Part shown: positions 1 to 9,204 of the stretch, one piece after another
How the letters are laid out: each line of letters starts with the position of its first letter
How positions within the stretch are numbered: the stretch's first letter is position 1
Assembly: GCA_041172305.1 (NCBI GenBank)
Contig: JBEDKF010000064.1
Coordinates: 1-52,412 of the forward strand
DNA: 52,412 nucleotides
Reading direction: 5' to 3'
Source of the DNA: Actinomycetota bacterium
GTDB lineage: Bacteria; Actinomycetota; Actinomycetes; Actinomycetales; Microbacteriaceae
Position numbers and translations under genes: made by a program
The notes under the pieces: generated by a model
What the model saw: only the letters and a program-made list of their open reading frames with translations
Told to the model about the DNA's origin: nothing
Database searches by the model: none

Positions 1-335
1 GCGATTCCGAAGTAAGACCAAACGGTTCGCACCTGTTTGCCGCCGTAGGCAAAGAATTCTGGCCAAATGAAGCTGGCTGCACCGATCACCAGAACGCCGG
101 TCAGTTCGATGATGACGGCGACATACGCCACATTGCGCCATGCGCTGCTCGATTGAGCCAGCGCGATGGTCGCGATGATGTAAATCAGGGCAGAAGCGGC
201 CGAAAGTGCATAAGGAAGCGGCGCCTCATCAAACTTTGCCACTAGTTCGTAGCCGGCACGGCCCGTGGCCGCCAGCGCAAGCACCGCATAAGCTGCGATC
301 AGCAAGCGCCCGATACCGAGTGATTTTGTAGCCAT
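1..335 (-). CDS. Integral membrane protein, 3' end outside window
   Basis: Read manually from ATG at 335: MATKSLGIGRLLIAAYAVLALAATGRAGYELVAKFDEAPLPYALSA...; hydrophobic and open to the window edge; TAGGCT -10 lies 6 nt upstream. Confidence 0.8.
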   Translation of the reverse strand, partial: MATKSLGIGRLLIAAYAVLALAATGRAGYELVAKFDEAPLPYALSAASALIYIIATIALAQSSSAWRNVAYVAVIIELTGVLVIGAASFIWPEFFAYGGKQVRTVWSYFGI

Positions 336-344
336 TTGACTAGC

Positions 345-704
345 CTAACCGACCCAGATTTGGTGCATTCGCGCCAACATCACCGATACGGTTAGCGCTC
401 CCACACCGAGAACGAAGGTGGACCAGCGAGTGCGCTCGATTAGTGCCCAGAAGGCGGCGCCGAGCGGGACAATTAGTGCGACCAGCAAATATGCGAAGAA
501 TTCGACCGTATCAGTCTTGGCGCGTGCACCTCCGGCCACAACGATGATCGAGAAAATCAGTTGGACAACCAGGCCAAACTGAACAATTGCCAAGGCTCCG
601 AGAGAAATCAGACTCGGTTTGCGCTTGGCCATACCAAAACCCAGAAGGACTAGCCCGATGAAGCAGGCTGTCCATGCTTCAATCTGGAAAAACAGGTCGT
701 TCAT
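345..704 (-). CDS. Small four-helix membrane protein
   Basis: 119 aa hydrophobic ORF whose start overlaps the truB stop (TAATG). Confidence 0.8.
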   Translation of the reverse strand: MNDLFFQIEAWTACFIGLVLLGFGMAKRKPSLISLGALAIVQFGLVVQLIFSIIVVAGGARAKTDTVEFFAYLLVALIVPLGAAFWALIERTRWSTFVLGVGALTVSVMLARMHQIWVG

Positions 705-1624
705 TAGTCTTCTCCCCCATCGCTACCATCAGCAAAGACCACCAATGACTTTGCGGCGTTTCCAGACTTGGTGAGCATTGCGATCAGCTTGCCATTCGAG
801 TCGATGGCTGCGATTGGTTCGACCTCGGTTTCGTCGATGACTCGCAGTCTTTTGCCGTGACGAAGGTCGATGGCATCTTGGTCGCTTAGCGCTCGAACTT
901 TGAACTGCTGAGTGGCAGCGACCTCAATCGGCAGAACATCGAGTGATTCGGCGGTTAGCCCCTCAAGTTCTTGAGCTTGTTCGATTGCGTAACTGCCGAT
1001 TTTTGTGCGGCGAAGAGCGGTTAGATGACCGCCTACCCCTAGCGCCGCTCCCAGGTCTCGGGCTAGCGCTCGAATGTAGGTTCCCGAAGAGCAATCAATA
1101 ATCGCGTCGAAGTCTAAAAAGGTGTTTTCACCCTCGACCAAGAGGCGAGGCTCACCCTTGATCTCAAAACGGTGGATTGTTACCGGGCGCGCCTTTAGCT
1201 TTACCTCATCGCCCGAGCGGACCTTGGCGTATGCACGTTCGCCATCCACCTTGATTGCACTAACTGAGCTGGGCACTTGTTCGATTGGCCCGCGAAGAGT
1301 AGCCAGAACGGTTTCTATTGCTTCTAAATCAAGGTTGCGGACATCCTCGGTGTTCCCGATGGTGGTGAACTCCGACTCTTTGTCATCGGTGATAGTGGCC
1401 GCTCCGAGGCGAATGGTGGCCTCGTAGGTTTTGTTTTCGCCGACCAGAAAGGTCAGCAACTTGGTGGCAGAGTTCACGCCGATCAACAACAGCCCGGTGG
1501 CCATCGGATCTAACGTGCCCGCGTGACCAACCCGACGGGTGCCCGCCACCTTTCGAAGGCGAGCAACCACATCGTGACTGGTCCAGCCAGACGGCTTGTC
1601 GATGAGAACAAGGCCAGAAGACAT
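704..1624 (-). CDS. truB: tRNA pseudouridine(55) synthase
   Basis: DKPSGWTSHDVV, GHAGTLDPMATG and CSSGTYIRALARDLG motifs; follows rbfA. Confidence 0.98.
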   Translation of the reverse strand: MSSGLVLIDKPSGWTSHDVVARLRKVAGTRRVGHAGTLDPMATGLLLIGVNSATKLLTFLVGENKTYEATIRLGAATITDDKESEFTTIGNTEDVRNLDLEAIETVLATLRGPIEQVPSSVSAIKVDGERAYAKVRSGDEVKLKARPVTIHRFEIKGEPRLLVEGENTFLDFDAIIDCSSGTYIRALARDLGAALGVGGHLTALRRTKIGSYAIEQAQELEGLTAESLDVLPIEVAATQQFKVRALSDQDAIDLRHGKRLRVIDETEVEPIAAIDSNGKLIAMLTKSGNAAKSLVVFADGSDGGED

Positions 1625-2071
1625 TTAGTCTTCGTCCTCTTCATCCTCGATTTTGCGTGGCTCTTTATAAGGGTTTTCTTCGCCGGCCCAGTGAGCTTCG
1701 GCCGCCAACTTGGCGACCTGCTCGTCGCGAGCTCGCGCCTCAGCCAGAAGGTCATTCATGGCCGCTGCGGTCTCTGGGATTTCATCCGGGATGAATTCGA
1801 TGGTCGGGGTTAGGCGAATCGAAAGGTTGTGGCCAACCTCGCGACGAACCAAACCGCGGTTCTTCTCAATGATTTCTGCGGAGCGCTTCTTCTCTGCAGG
1901 AGTGCCATACACGGTGTAGAAAATGCTGGCGTGCTGAAGGTCAGGGGTTACCTTGACCTCGGTGATGGTGACGAAACCCAAGTCTGGGTCTTTTACAGCG
2001 CGTTCAAGCGCCTCTGCCACCAACACCTTGATGCGTTCGGCGAGCTTGCGAGCTCGAGCGTGATCAACCAT
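1625..2071 (-). CDS. rbfA: 30S ribosome-binding factor A
   Basis: KDPDLGFVTITEVKVTPDL and LRLTP-like motif (IRLTPTIEF); lies between infB and truB. Confidence 0.97.
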   Translation of the reverse strand: MVDHARARKLAERIKVLVAEALERAVKDPDLGFVTITEVKVTPDLQHASIFYTVYGTPAEKKRSAEIIEKNRGLVRREVGHNLSIRLTPTIEFIPDEIPETAAAMNDLLAEARARDEQVAKLAAEAHWAGEENPYKEPRKIEDEEDED

Positions 2072-2080
2072 TACGAATCC

Positions 2081-4795
2081 TTAGACGCGAGGCTTTTCGC
2101 GCATCTCGAAGGTCTCGATGATGTCGTCAAGCTCTAGGTCGTTGAAGCCCTGAAGGCCGATACCACACTCGAAGTCGGTCTTGACTTCGGTGGCGTCATC
2201 CTTGAAGCGCTTTAGCGATTCGATCTTGAGGTTGTCTGCGATGACCTTGCCGGCGCGCAAGACACGAGCCAACGAGTTTCGCTTGATCGAGCCCGAGCGA
2301 ACGATCGAACCAGCGATGGTTCCGACCTTCGAAGACTTGAACAGTTCGCGGACCTCTGCGGTGCCGAGCTGTGCCTCTTCGTACTCCGGCTTGAGCATGC
2401 CCTTGAGAGCCTTCTCGATGTCGTCGAGCACTGCATAGATGACCGAGTACTGACGAACGTCGACGCCCTCGCGGTCGGCACGCTCCTTGGCCTTGTTGTC
2501 TGGCTTGACGTTGAAACCGATGATGATCGCGTTGTCAACAGTTGCAAGGTTGACGTCAGATTCGGTAATCGCACCAACACCACGGTGGATGATGCGTAGC
2601 TGAACTGAATCGTCAACTTCGATCTTGAGCAATGAGTCTTCAAGAGCTTCAACAGCACCAGAAACGTCACCCTTGATGACAAGGTTGAGAGACTCAACCT
2701 TGCCGTCTTCGAGTGCCTTGGTGAAGTCTTCGAGGCTAACGCGCTTGCGAGTCTTAGCCAGAAGTGCGTTGCGGTCGGCCGCTTCGCGCTTCTCAGCGAT
2801 CTGACGGGCCTGACGCTCATCGTCGGTGACCACAAAGGTGTCACCGGCGCGAGGAACTGACTGCAGACCGAGAACCTGTACCGGGCGACTTGGGAGCGCC
2901 TCAGTAACGGTTCCACCGTTCTCGTCGAACATCGCACGAACACGACCGTGAGCCGCACCAGCAACGATGGAGTCACCGACGCGCAGTGTTCCAGACTGGA
3001 TAAGCACGGTGGCAACCGAACCGCGACCCTTGTCAAGGTTGGCTTCGATGGCAACACCACGAGCATCCTTGTTCGGGTTAGCACGCATGTCTAGCGCAGC
3101 GTCAGCGGTCAGCAGAACTGCATCTAGAAGGTCAGGGATACCCTTGCCGGTCAACGCCGATACGTCCACGAACATTACGTCGCCGCCGTACTCTTCAGCA
3201 ACGAGGTTGAACTCGGTTAGCTGCTGGCGAATCTTTGCAGGGTTAGCGCCTTCCTTATCGGTCTTGTTAACCGCGACAACAATCGGCACACCGGCAGACT
3301 GAGCGTGGTTCAAGGCTTCAACGGTCTGAGGCATCACGCCATCATCCGCTGCAACCACAAGGATGGCAAGGTCGGTGACCTGAGCACCACGTGCACGCAT
3401 GGCGGTAAACGCCTCGTGACCCGGGGTGTCAATGAAGGTGATCGCGCGGTCGATGCCGTCGTGCTCAACGTGCACCTGGTATGCACCAATGTGCTGGGTG
3501 ATGCCGCCGGCTTCGCCAGCGATAACGTTCGAGTTTCGGATCGAGTCGAGCAAACGAGTCTTACCGTGGTCGACGTGACCCATAACGGTGACAACTGGTG
3601 GACGCGCGACAAGGTCGGCCTCTTCGTCGTCGTAGTCGGTGTCGATGTCTAGACCAAAGCCCTCGAATAGCTCGCGCTCTTCGTCTTCTGGAGAAACGAT
3701 CTCGATCTTGTAACCGAGCTCTTCACCAAGAATCTGGAAAGTGTCTTCATCCAAAGATGCGGTGGCTGTCGCCATCTGTCCTAGGTGGAACAGAACGGTG
3801 ATCAGCTGACCTGCATTGGTGTCAATCTTGTCTGCGAAGTCTTGGATCGATGAACCGCGACGCAAGCGAAGAACGGTAGAGCCGTCGCCGCGAGGTACTA
3901 GCGCGCCACCAAGTGATGGCGCATTGCTGCGCTGTTCGAACTCTTCGCGCTTTGCGCGCTTTGACTTGCGAGCCTTGCTCTGGCCGCGTGCACCGCCCTT
4001 ACCGAATGCACCAGCGGTTCCACCGCCAACACCTCGGCCACGGCCAGCACCCGGGCCGCCACCCGGACGAGAGAATCCACCTGGAGCTGCACCTGGTGCA
4101 CCGCCTGGAGCGCCGCCACCTGGGCGGGCGAAGCCTGCACCAGCCGGACGTGGTCCGCCTGAGAAGCCACCTGGGCGTGGAGCGCCGCCGGCACCTGGAG
4201 CGCCACCTGGGCGACCTGGGCCGCCTGGGCGACCTGCGCCACCGGCAGGACGTGGGCCGCCTGGGCGACCCATTCCTTGTGATGGTGAGAACGGGTTGTT
4301 GCCAGGGCGGCTGATTGGGCGAGGAATGCCCATGCCCTGAGCAGCAGCGAACGGGTTGTTGCCCGGACGCGGAATTCCTGGGGTTGCCGGTGCCGGTGAA
4401 GCTGGCGCTGACTTAGCAGCAGGTGCAGGTGCGCCTGGGGCCGCCGGCGCAGCAGGAGCAGCAGCCTTAGGCGCTGCCGGTGCAGCCGGAGCCGGAGCTG
4501 AAGGAGTCGAAGATCCAGGTCGCGGAGCTGCCGGAGCAGCTGGAGCAGCACTTGATGCTTCAGGCGCTGCGGGCGCCGAAGCTGCAGGTGCAGCAGGTGC
4601 GACCGGTGCAGCCTTAGGCTCTGCAACTACTGGTTTTGCATCTGGGAATGCCTCGCGCAGCTTTTTAGCTACGGGTGGAGCGATTGTTGATGAACCGCTC
4701 TTTACGAACTCGCCGAGTTCTTGAAGTTTGGCCAAAGCAACCTTGGAATCGATTCCAAGTTCTTTAGCAATGTCGTACACGCGTGGTAGCGCCAC
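2081..4795 (-). CDS. infB: Translation initiation factor IF-2
   Basis: [34 protein letters not shown] and NKTD motifs; GTG start with AGGAG SD; Pro/Ala/Gly-rich N-terminal region. Confidence 0.99.
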   Translation of the reverse strand: MALPRVYDIAKELGIDSKVALAKLQELGEFVKSGSSTIAPPVAKKLREAFPDAKPVVAEPKAAPVAPAAPAASAPAAPEASSAAPAAPAAPRPGSSTPSAPAPAAPAAPKAAAPAAPAAPGAPAPAAKSAPASPAPATPGIPRPGNNPFAAAQGMGIPRPISRPGNNPFSPSQGMGRPGGPRPAGGAGRPGGPGRPGGAPGAGGAPRPGGFSGGPRPAGAGFARPGGGAPGGAPGAAPGGFSRPGGGPGAGRGRGVGGGTAGAFGKGGARGQSKARKSKRAKREEFEQRSNAPSLGGALVPRGDGSTVLRLRRGSSIQDFADKIDTNAGQLITVLFHLGQMATATASLDEDTFQILGEELGYKIEIVSPEDEERELFEGFGLDIDTDYDDEEADLVARPPVVTVMGHVDHGKTRLLDSIRNSNVIAGEAGGITQHIGAYQVHVEHDGIDRAITFIDTPGHEAFTAMRARGAQVTDLAILVVAADDGVMPQTVEALNHAQSAGVPIVVAVNKTDKEGANPAKIRQQLTEFNLVAEEYGGDVMFVDVSALTGKGIPDLLDAVLLTADAALDMRANPNKDARGVAIEANLDKGRGSVATVLIQSGTLRVGDSIVAGAAHGRVRAMFDENGGTVTEALPSRPVQVLGLQSVPRAGDTFVVTDDERQARQIAEKREAADRNALLAKTRKRVSLEDFTKALEDGKVESLNLVIKGDVSGAVEALEDSLLKIEVDDSVQLRIIHRGVGAITESDVNLATVDNAIIIGFNVKPDNKAKERADREGVDVRQYSVIYAVLDDIEKALKGMLKPEYEEAQLGTAEVRELFKSSKVGTIAGSIVRSGSIKRNSLARVLRAGKVIADNLKIESLKRFKDDATEVKTDFECGIGLQGFNDLELDDIIETFEMREKPRV

Positions 4796-4803
4796 TTTTG
4801 TTT

Positions 4804-4838
4804 CTCCTGTCTGGGGCCTTCCCTAGACAGGGCAGGCC
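4804..4838 (-). promoter_or_regulatory. Two alternative hairpins overlapping the infB Shine-Dalgarno
   Basis: mRNA GGCCUGCCCU-GUCU-AGGGAAGGCC (4838-4815) versus CCUGUCUAGGG-AAGG-CCCCAGACAGG (4831-4806); SD AGGAG at 4808-4804. Confidence 0.6.
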
Positions 4839-4839
4839 G

Positions 4840-4860
4840 TTAAAGCTGTTGGGTACTCAT
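4840..4860 (-). other. Mini-ORF MSTQQL* (candidate leader ORF 2)
   Basis: ATG AGT ACC CAA CAG CTT TAA; its ATG overlaps the TGA of mini-ORF 1 (ATGA). Confidence 0.5.
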
Positions 4861-4874
4861 TTCGAGTTACTCAT
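4857..4874 (-). other. Mini-ORF MSNSK* (candidate leader ORF 1)
   Basis: ATG AGT AAC TCG AAA TGA; its ATG overlaps the ylxR TGA (ATGA). Confidence 0.5.
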
Positions 4875-5134
4875 TTGTTTGCCAACATCGTTTCTGCCTG
4901 TTCTTTAGTGAAGTTCAATCCAGATAAATCTGGTTGACCTGAAAGTTTCAAAGCCCGGATGAATGCTCTCCGAGTGATTGCTAACTCTAAACATTCCTGT
5001 GATGGGTGGATCCATGCTCCTCGGCCAGGCAGCACCTTGAGATCATCGAAAATCAAAACATTTGATTGTTCAATAACTCGCAAGAGTTCTGCACGGCTGG
5101 ATTGCTGGCGACAACCAACACAAGTACGTTCCAT
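4871..5134 (-). CDS. ylxR: YlxR (DUF448) family RNA-binding protein
   Basis: RTCVGCR...ELLR...GRGAWIH...C motif; between nusA and infB. Confidence 0.95.
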   Translation of the reverse strand: MERTCVGCRQQSSRAELLRVIEQSNVLIFDDLKVLPGRGAWIHPSQECLELAITRRAFIRALKLSGQPDLSGLNFTKEQAETMLANK

Positions 5135-5165
5135 TCTAACCCCTAGAAATTGAAAGGGCTAGAGC

Positions 5166-6143
5166 CTAGTCGCCATCCAAGATGCTGTCTGGCTGAATAT
5201 CAATCTTGGCTCCGGTGAGCTTTGCAGCGAGGCGAGCGTTCTGGCCTTCCTTGCCGATTGCTAGTGACAACTGAAAGTCTGGCACCAAAACACGAACCGA
5301 CTTGGTCGCAGCATCAAGCATGTATGAGCTCGAAACCTTCGCCGGAGAAAGCGCCTGAGCAACGTAGGTCGGCAGGTCATCGCTGTAGTCGACGATGTCG
5401 ATCTTCTCGTCGTTTAGCTCGGTCTGAACCGCACGAACGCGCTGGCCGAGCTCGCCGATGCACGAACCCTTTGCGTTTACACCGGCCTCGTGTGCACGAA
5501 CGGCAATCTTTGTGCGGTGGCCAGCTTCGCGAGCGAGCGAGACGATTTCTACGACTCCGCTGGCGATTTCAGGAACCTCCATCGCAAACAACTTGCGAAC
5601 CAATGAAGGGTGGGTGCGAGAAACGGTGACCTGAGGGCCCTTGGTTCCGCGGTTTACCGCGGTTACGAAGACACGGATGCGCTTGCCGTGCGAGTAGTCC
5701 TCACCCGGAACCTGCTCTTCTGGAGGCATGATTGCCTCGATAGTGCCCAGGTTTACGTAAACCATGTAAGACTTCTGGCCCTGTTGGATGGTTCCGGCGA
5801 CGATGTCGCCTTCCTTGCCCGAGAATTCGCCGAAAAGGCTTTCGTCGTTGATTTCACGCAGTCGGTTGAAGATAACCTGCTTGGCTGCGGCTGCTGCAAC
5901 GCGGCCAAAGTTCTCAGGGGTTACTTCGGTCTCGCCAGTTTTGACGCCCTCTTCATCCAAGACTGGGGCGAAAATGTTTACGTGACCGGTCGATTTGCTC
6001 AGCTCTGCACGAGCCGGTTCGGTGTTGCCAACATGCTTTTGGTAGGCGGCCAAGATTGCTGCCTCGATGATTGAGACAAGCTCGTTGAAAGGAATTTCTT
6101 TCTCTCGCTCGATGAACTTAAGTACGCTCAGGTCGATGTCCAT
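5166..6143 (-). CDS. nusA: Transcription termination/antitermination factor NusA
   Basis: FGRVAA..AKQVI, S1 and KH domains, REAGHRTKIAV, SLAIGKEGQNARLAAKLTG; GGAGG SD. Confidence 0.98.
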   Translation of the reverse strand: MDIDLSVLKFIEREKEIPFNELVSIIEAAILAAYQKHVGNTEPARAELSKSTGHVNIFAPVLDEEGVKTGETEVTPENFGRVAAAAAKQVIFNRLREINDESLFGEFSGKEGDIVAGTIQQGQKSYMVYVNLGTIEAIMPPEEQVPGEDYSHGKRIRVFVTAVNRGTKGPQVTVSRTHPSLVRKLFAMEVPEIASGVVEIVSLAREAGHRTKIAVRAHEAGVNAKGSCIGELGQRVRAVQTELNDEKIDIVDYSDDLPTYVAQALSPAKVSSSYMLDAATKSVRVLVPDFQLSLAIGKEGQNARLAAKLTGAKIDIQPDSILDGD

Positions 6144-6206
6144 GAAATGCCTCCAGGCCGCTAGTTAGTTGTCAATTTAGTGAAAAGCTTTGGAACCGTA
6201 AATGGT

Positions 6207-7970
6207 TTAGAGCAATTCAGCCAGTGCCGATTCTACCTTGACTGGGCGACGCTCACCAGAGCGGCGATCCCACAGGTCAACATCTCCCTGTTCAAGACCC
6301 TTACCGACGATGACAATGTTTGGCACGCCAATCAGCTCAGCATCACCGAACTTGACTCCAGGGCTGACCTTCTGGCGATCATCCAGGATGACCGTCTTGC
6401 CCTTGGCTTCTAGTTCGAGAGCCAACTTCTCGGCGGTTTCGTAGACGACCTCATCCTTGCCAGCTGCAACGATGTAGACATCGGCTGGTGAGACTGCTTC
6501 AGGCCAAATCAGACCCTTGTCGTCGTGGTTTGCCTCGGCTAGAACTGCAATCATGCGAGTGATGCCGATTCCGTAGGAGCCCATGGTCACAGTCACCAGT
6601 TTGCCGTTTTCATCGAGAACCTGGAGGCCAAGAGCCTCGGCATACTTGCGACCGAGTTGGAAGACGTGACCGATTTCGATGCCACGAGCCAGCTCTAGAG
6701 GGCCTGAGCCATCCGGCGCTTCGTCGCCGACGCGCACCTCGGCGATGTCGACCACACCATCCGCGGTGAAATCACGACCGGCAACGAGACCGAAAACGTG
6801 CTTCTCGGATGCGTTTGCACCGGAAATCCAAGCCGAACCCTCGACCACGCGTGGGTCAAGCAGGTAACGAATCTTGCTGACACTCTGAGAGCCAAGGATC
6901 GCCTGGCCGTCTTTGACTGGGCCAATGTAACCCTTGATTAGTTCTGGGTGCTTCGCGAAATCTTCGTCGTTGGCCTGCTCGATCTCGTTTGGTGAGAAAG
7001 CTGCCTCGGCGCGCTTGACATCGACCTCGCGGTCACCCGGAAGACCTACAACGACTAGCTCGCGCTTGCCCTCAGGAGAAACCAAAGCCATCACGTTGTT
7101 CTTGAGTGTGTGGGCGGCGGTCCATTCCGAACCGTCCGCACGCTTGTTGTTCTCGTTAGACCAAGCAACGATGCGCTTGATGTTTGAGCACTGCGGAGTG
7201 GTTAGAACCTCGGCTGCCGGCTGCCCCTCAATTGAAATCTTTGGAGGAGCAACGGTGGCAACTGCCTCAACGTTGGCCGCATAACCACCCGGCGAGCGCA
7301 CGAATGTGTCTTCACCAATTGGGCTTGGTGATAGGAATTCCTCGGATGCCGAACCGCCCATTGCGCCCGCGTCGGCCTTGACGATTACGTAGTCAACCCC
7401 CAAGCGGGTGAAGATGCGTTCGTATGCGTCGCGCTGAGCCTGGTATGCCTTGGCGAGACCTTCATCCGTGACATCGAAGCTGTAGGCGTCCTTCATCACA
7501 AACTCGCGACCGCGAAGGAGACCGGCGCGAGGGCGGGCCTCGTCGCGGTATTTGTTCTGGATTTGGTAAAGGCAAACCGGCAGGTCTTTGTATGACGAGT
7601 AAAGGTCCTTCACCAAGAGGGTGAACATCTCTTCGTGAGTTGGCGCTAGAAGGTAATCGGTTTTTTTGCGGTCCTGAAGGCGAAATAGGTTGTCGCCATA
7701 CTCGGTCCAGCGACCGGTTGCCTCGAATGGTTCGCGTGGCAACAAAGCCGGGAAGAATACTTCCTGGGCTCCTGCATTCGCCATCTCTTCGCGAACGACC
7801 TGTTCGATCTTGGCCTTGACGGCAAGACCCAGCGGAAGCCAGGTGTAGAGGCCCGCACCGGCGCGACGGATGTAACCAGCACGAAGCAAGAGCTTGTGGC
7901 TGTTTACCTCGGCCTCGTTTGGATCTTCACGGAGCGTGCGTAGGAACAGGTTTGATAAGCGGATTGGCAT
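6207..7970 (-). CDS. proS: Proline--tRNA ligase (with editing insertion)
   Basis: [51 protein letters not shown]. Confidence 0.98.
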   Translation of the reverse strand: MPIRLSNLFLRTLREDPNEAEVNSHKLLLRAGYIRRAGAGLYTWLPLGLAVKAKIEQVVREEMANAGAQEVFFPALLPREPFEATGRWTEYGDNLFRLQDRKKTDYLLAPTHEEMFTLLVKDLYSSYKDLPVCLYQIQNKYRDEARPRAGLLRGREFVMKDAYSFDVTDEGLAKAYQAQRDAYERIFTRLGVDYVIVKADAGAMGGSASEEFLSPSPIGEDTFVRSPGGYAANVEAVATVAPPKISIEGQPAAEVLTTPQCSNIKRIVAWSNENNKRADGSEWTAAHTLKNNVMALVSPEGKRELVVVGLPGDREVDVKRAEAAFSPNEIEQANDEDFAKHPELIKGYIGPVKDGQAILGSQSVSKIRYLLDPRVVEGSAWISGANASEKHVFGLVAGRDFTADGVVDIAEVRVGDEAPDGSGPLELARGIEIGHVFQLGRKYAEALGLQVLDENGKLVTVTMGSYGIGITRMIAVLAEANHDDKGLIWPEAVSPADVYIVAAGKDEVVYETAEKLALELEAKGKTVILDDRQKVSPGVKFGDAELIGVPNIVIVGKGLEQGDVDLWDRRSGERRPVKVESALAELL

Positions 7971-7979
7971 GCTGCCATT

Positions 7980-9137
7980 CTACTTCTGAGCGACGACCAC
8001 CTGTGGGCTGCCAACCAGAGTTGGGTCCATCTCGGCGGCCAAACGGTTAGCCTCTTCGATTAGCGTGGCGACGATTTCGCTTTCAGGAACGGTCTTGATG
8101 ACCTCACCCTTAACGAAAATCTGCCCCTTGCCGTTACCTGAAGCAACACCCAGGTCCGCCTCACGAGCCTCGCCAGGTCCGTTCACAACACAGCCCATAA
8201 CGGCAACACGAAGTGGAACGGTCATCTTTTCAAGACCAGCGGTCACGTCGTTAGCCAACTGATAAACATCTACCTGCGCGCGACCACAGCTTGGGCAGCT
8301 GACGATCTCGAGCTTGCGTGGGCGCAGGTTCAATGATTCAAGAATCTGTGAGCCAACCTTGATTTCTTCAACCGGTGGTGCCGACAACGAAACACGGATG
8401 GTGTCGCCGATGCCCTTCGATAGCAGTGCTCCGAACGCTACAGAAGACTTAATTGTTCCTTGGAAGGCCGGGCCTGCCTCGGTTACACCCAGGTGAAGTG
8501 GCCAGTCACCGCGCTCAGCTAGCATCTCGTAAGCCTTGACCATCACAACCGGGTCGTTGTGCTTGACCGAAATCTTGAAGTCGTGAAAGTCGTGCTCTTC
8601 GAAAAGCGACGCTTCCCAAACCGCTGATTCCACTAGAGCCTCAGCGGTCGCCTTGCCATACTTCTGAAGCAGGCGCGGGTCGAGCGAGCCGGCGTTGACA
8701 CCGATGCGGATTGACACACCAGCATCCTTGGCAGCCTTGGCAATCTCGCCAACCTTGTCGTCAAACTGGCGGATGTTGCCAGGGTTTACTCGCACAGCAC
8801 CGCAACCGGCATCGATGGCGGCGAATACATACTTTGGCTGGAAGTGGATGTCGGCAATCACCGGAATCTGCGACTTGCGGGCAATCAAAGGTAGACGGTC
8901 TGCGTCTTCTTCGGTAGGCACAGCGACTCGCACGATGTCACAGCCCGAGGCAGTCAACTCGGCGATTTGCTGAAGCGTTGCGTTCACATCCGTGGTCTTG
9001 GTGGTGCACATCGACTGCACCGAGATAGGTGCGTCGCCACCGACGGCGACCTTGCCAACCATGATCTGACGGGTCTTGCGACGAGGCGCGAGAGTTGGAG
9101 GCGGAGTCTTAGGTAGACCTAGGTTCACTGCAGCCAC
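7980..9137 (-). CDS. ispG: (E)-4-hydroxy-3-methylbut-2-enyl-diphosphate synthase
   Basis: [38 protein letters not shown]. Confidence 0.98.
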   Translation of the reverse strand: MAAVNLGLPKTPPPTLAPRRKTRQIMVGKVAVGGDAPISVQSMCTTKTTDVNATLQQIAELTASGCDIVRVAVPTEEDADRLPLIARKSQIPVIADIHFQPKYVFAAIDAGCGAVRVNPGNIRQFDDKVGEIAKAAKDAGVSIRIGVNAGSLDPRLLQKYGKATAEALVESAVWEASLFEEHDFHDFKISVKHNDPVVMVKAYEMLAERGDWPLHLGVTEAGPAFQGTIKSSVAFGALLSKGIGDTIRVSLSAPPVEEIKVGSQILESLNLRPRKLEIVSCPSCGRAQVDVYQLANDVTAGLEKMTVPLRVAVMGCVVNGPGEAREADLGVASGNGKGQIFVKGEVIKTVPESEIVATLIEEANRLAAEMDPTLVGSPQVVVAQK

Positions 9138-9204
9138 TGGAGTTGCCCTCTTTCGATTTGCTGTTCAACAATCCTAAAGCGATTGTTTGCCGTCGACATT
9201 CCTA

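Noticed and set aside
2212-4724. Long alternative-frame and antisense ORFs over infB (290, 242, 174 aa and others)
   Set aside because: Shadow ORFs caused by GC-rich, low-complexity coding; no motifs or translation signals
4826-4873. Possible ylxR-infB readthrough fusion (same frame)
   Set aside because: A second in-frame TAG occurs 16 codons after the ylxR TGA, before the infB start
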